A stretch of DNA of 34,187 bases from Chiloscyllium plagiosum (lineage: Eukaryota). Each line of letters opens with the position of its first letter. Positions within the stretch are counted from its first letter, which is position 1. The position numbers were made by a program, and so were the translations under genes. Shown here piece after piece: positions 32,331 to 34,187 of the stretch. Location of the stretch: positions 47,836,166 through 47,870,352 of the forward strand of contig NC_057728.1 in NCBI RefSeq assembly GCF_004010195.1, written 5' to 3'. The notes under the pieces are model-generated. The model was given only the letters and a program-made list of their open reading frames with translations. It did no database searches and was not told the DNA's origin.

Positions 32331-33070
32331 AGGCAGTTTTCTAAATTGCTACCTTGATGTGTTGGCTGCCAGCCAAGTGTTATGGACCAGGCCAGACCCC
32401 CTTAAAACATCTCAAGACTCTAACCTGATTGGATTCTGGGTAATCCAAGTTGGAGGACAGGAAAAATTTCTGGCTATAAGAGCTGCTCCTTTTTGTTTTT
32501 GAGGTATTTTAGGTGCTGGAGGTGATTTCCTCGAATTCCAGAGCAGCAATTACGATTTTATATGCTGTTGCATTGTTTTGGAACTTTGGAAAAAAAAAAG
32601 TCAAAACAACAGCACTTTAAAAGGGAGAAGAGCAGACAAAGGAAGCACAAGGTGAGGTCAGTGCAGGAGAGAGAGAGAGAACCTGCACAGTTACTGCCTT
32701 TGCTGTTTGAATTCGTGTATCGCTGGACATCGGAGTGCATCTGGGAAAATTAACAAACAGTGAAATTCACAACTAATCTTGGAGGAACTGTTGGGCGAAG
32801 TTCACAGCACAGAATCAGGTAAGTTAATTGTTGTTTTAAGTCTGTCCAAAAGAAAGGCTGCAGTAGTGAGTATAGTGGATTCTTTCTTGATTATATGCGA
32901 ATCTTATCAGATCGAGTGGATTGGTTGGAGAGACATAGAACCGATGAGGAATTTGCAACAGTGTGTGATGGATGGCAGTTATAGGAAGGGGGGAAAGTCT
33001 CAGATACAGTCACATAAATGGGTTAACTCCAGGAAGGGTAAGAGAGATAGGCAGCTAATGCAGGAGTCTT

Positions 33071-33718
33071 TTGTGGATATACTCATTTCCAAATGCTGTT
33101 TTGGAAAATGTAGGGTCTGATGGATTCTCAGGGAAATGTAGCATAAACAGCCAAGTTTCTGGCATTGAGACTAGCTCTAATGCAACGAGGGGTACGTCAG
33201 CTCCCAAGAGATCAATTGTGTTAGGGGATTCTGTAGTCAGAGATACAGACAGACGTTTCTGTGGCCAGCAGAGAAAAAGCAGAATTGTGTGTTGTTTCCC
33301 TAGTGCCAGGATCAAGGATGTCTCAGAGAGGGTGCAGAATGTTCTCACGGCGGAGAGGGGCCAGCAGGAGGTCATTGTCCACATTGGAACCAATGACATT
33401 GGAACGGAAAAGGTTGAGATTCTGAAGGGAGATTACAGAGAGTTAGGCAGAAATTTAAAAAGGAGGTCCTCGAGAGTAGTAATGTCTGGATTTCTCCAGG
33501 TGCTACGAGCTAATGAGGGCAGGAATAGGAGGATAGAGCAGATGAATGCATGGCTGAGGAGCTGGTGTATGGGAGAAGGATTCACATTTTTGGATCATTG
33601 GAATATCTTTTGGGGTAGAAGTGACCTGTACAAGAAGGACGGATTGCATCTAAATTGTAAGGGGGCTAATATACTGGCAGGGAAATTTCCTAGAACTGCT
33701 TGGGAGGATTTAAACTAG
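33071..33718 (+). pseudogene. CR1 LINE ORF1 SGNH/GDSL esterase domain
   Basis: Blocks IVLGDSVVR, VIVHIGTNDI and KDGLHLN are present. The upstream ORF1 part is frameshifted. Confidence 0.88.
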
Positions 33719-33840
33719 TAAGGTGGGGGGGTGGGACCCAGGGAGATAGTGAGGAAAGAGATCGATCTGAGACGGGTACAGCTGCGAACAGAAGTGAGTC
33801 AAACAGTCAGGGCAGGCAGGGACAAGGTAGGACGAATAAA

Positions 33841-34187
33841 TTAAACTGCATTTATTTCAATGCAAGGGGCCTAACAGGGAAGGTAGATGGTTAGGAACAT
33901 GGGACTGAGATATCATAGCAATTACAGAAACATGGCTCAGGGATGGGCAGGGCTAGCAGCTTAATATTCCAGGATACAAATGCTACAGGAAGGATAGAAA
34001 GGGAGGCAAGAGAGGAGAGGGAGTGGCATTTTTGATAAGGGATAGCATTACAGCTGTGCGGAGGGAGGATATTCCTGGAAATACATCCAGGGAAGTTATT
34101 TGGGTGGAACTGAGAAATAAGAAAGGGATGATCACCTTATTGGGATTGTATTATAGACCCCTCCCCCCCAATAGTAAGAGGGAAATT
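33841..34187 (+). pseudogene. CR1 LINE ORF2 AP-like endonuclease N-terminus (disrupted)
   Basis: LNCIYFNARGL../DIIAITETWL..NIPGYKCYRKDRKGGKRGEGVAFLIR..IWVELRNKKG..LLGLYYRP, with a frameshift and in-frame TGA/TAG stops. Confidence 0.88.

Larger units (their letters stand above)
32470..34187 (+). mobile_element. CR1-clade LINE 5' part (5' UTR, ORF1, start of ORF2), running off the window
   Basis: An ORF1 SGNH esterase is followed by an APE endonuclease. The 5' limit is approximate. Confidence 0.88.

Overview
This is vertebrate genomic DNA. The HE1/V-SINEs with AATCT tails, a SacSINE1/Deu-like SINE, CR1 LINEs and abundant Penelope-like repeats point to a cartilaginous fish (shark; inferred from repeat content only). 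The one convincing host gene is coding exon 1 of an LGR4/5/6-family R-spondin receptor, best matching LGR5. It lies on the minus strand (14448-14644, phase-2 GTAAGT donor) with a TATA/GC-box/CCAAT promoter, a short uORF and a CpG island. Bases 1-14447 are taken as intron 1 (exon 2 was not found), and 14.8-34.2 kb is upstream. The rest is dominated by mobile-element remnants: Penelope-like (GIY-YIG) elements, HE1 SINEs, a decayed PIF/Harbinger transposase, a pogo/Tigger-like MITE, a Gypsy LTR/gag remnant and a CR1 LINE. The most notable pattern is a set of minimal hammerhead-ribozyme motifs in three Penelope pseudo-LTR families. They occur at element 3' ends, as TSD-flanked ~90-bp insertions, and as fold-back palindromes whose junctions cluster at the ribozyme core. 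All calls are by eye; no alignments or database searches were run.
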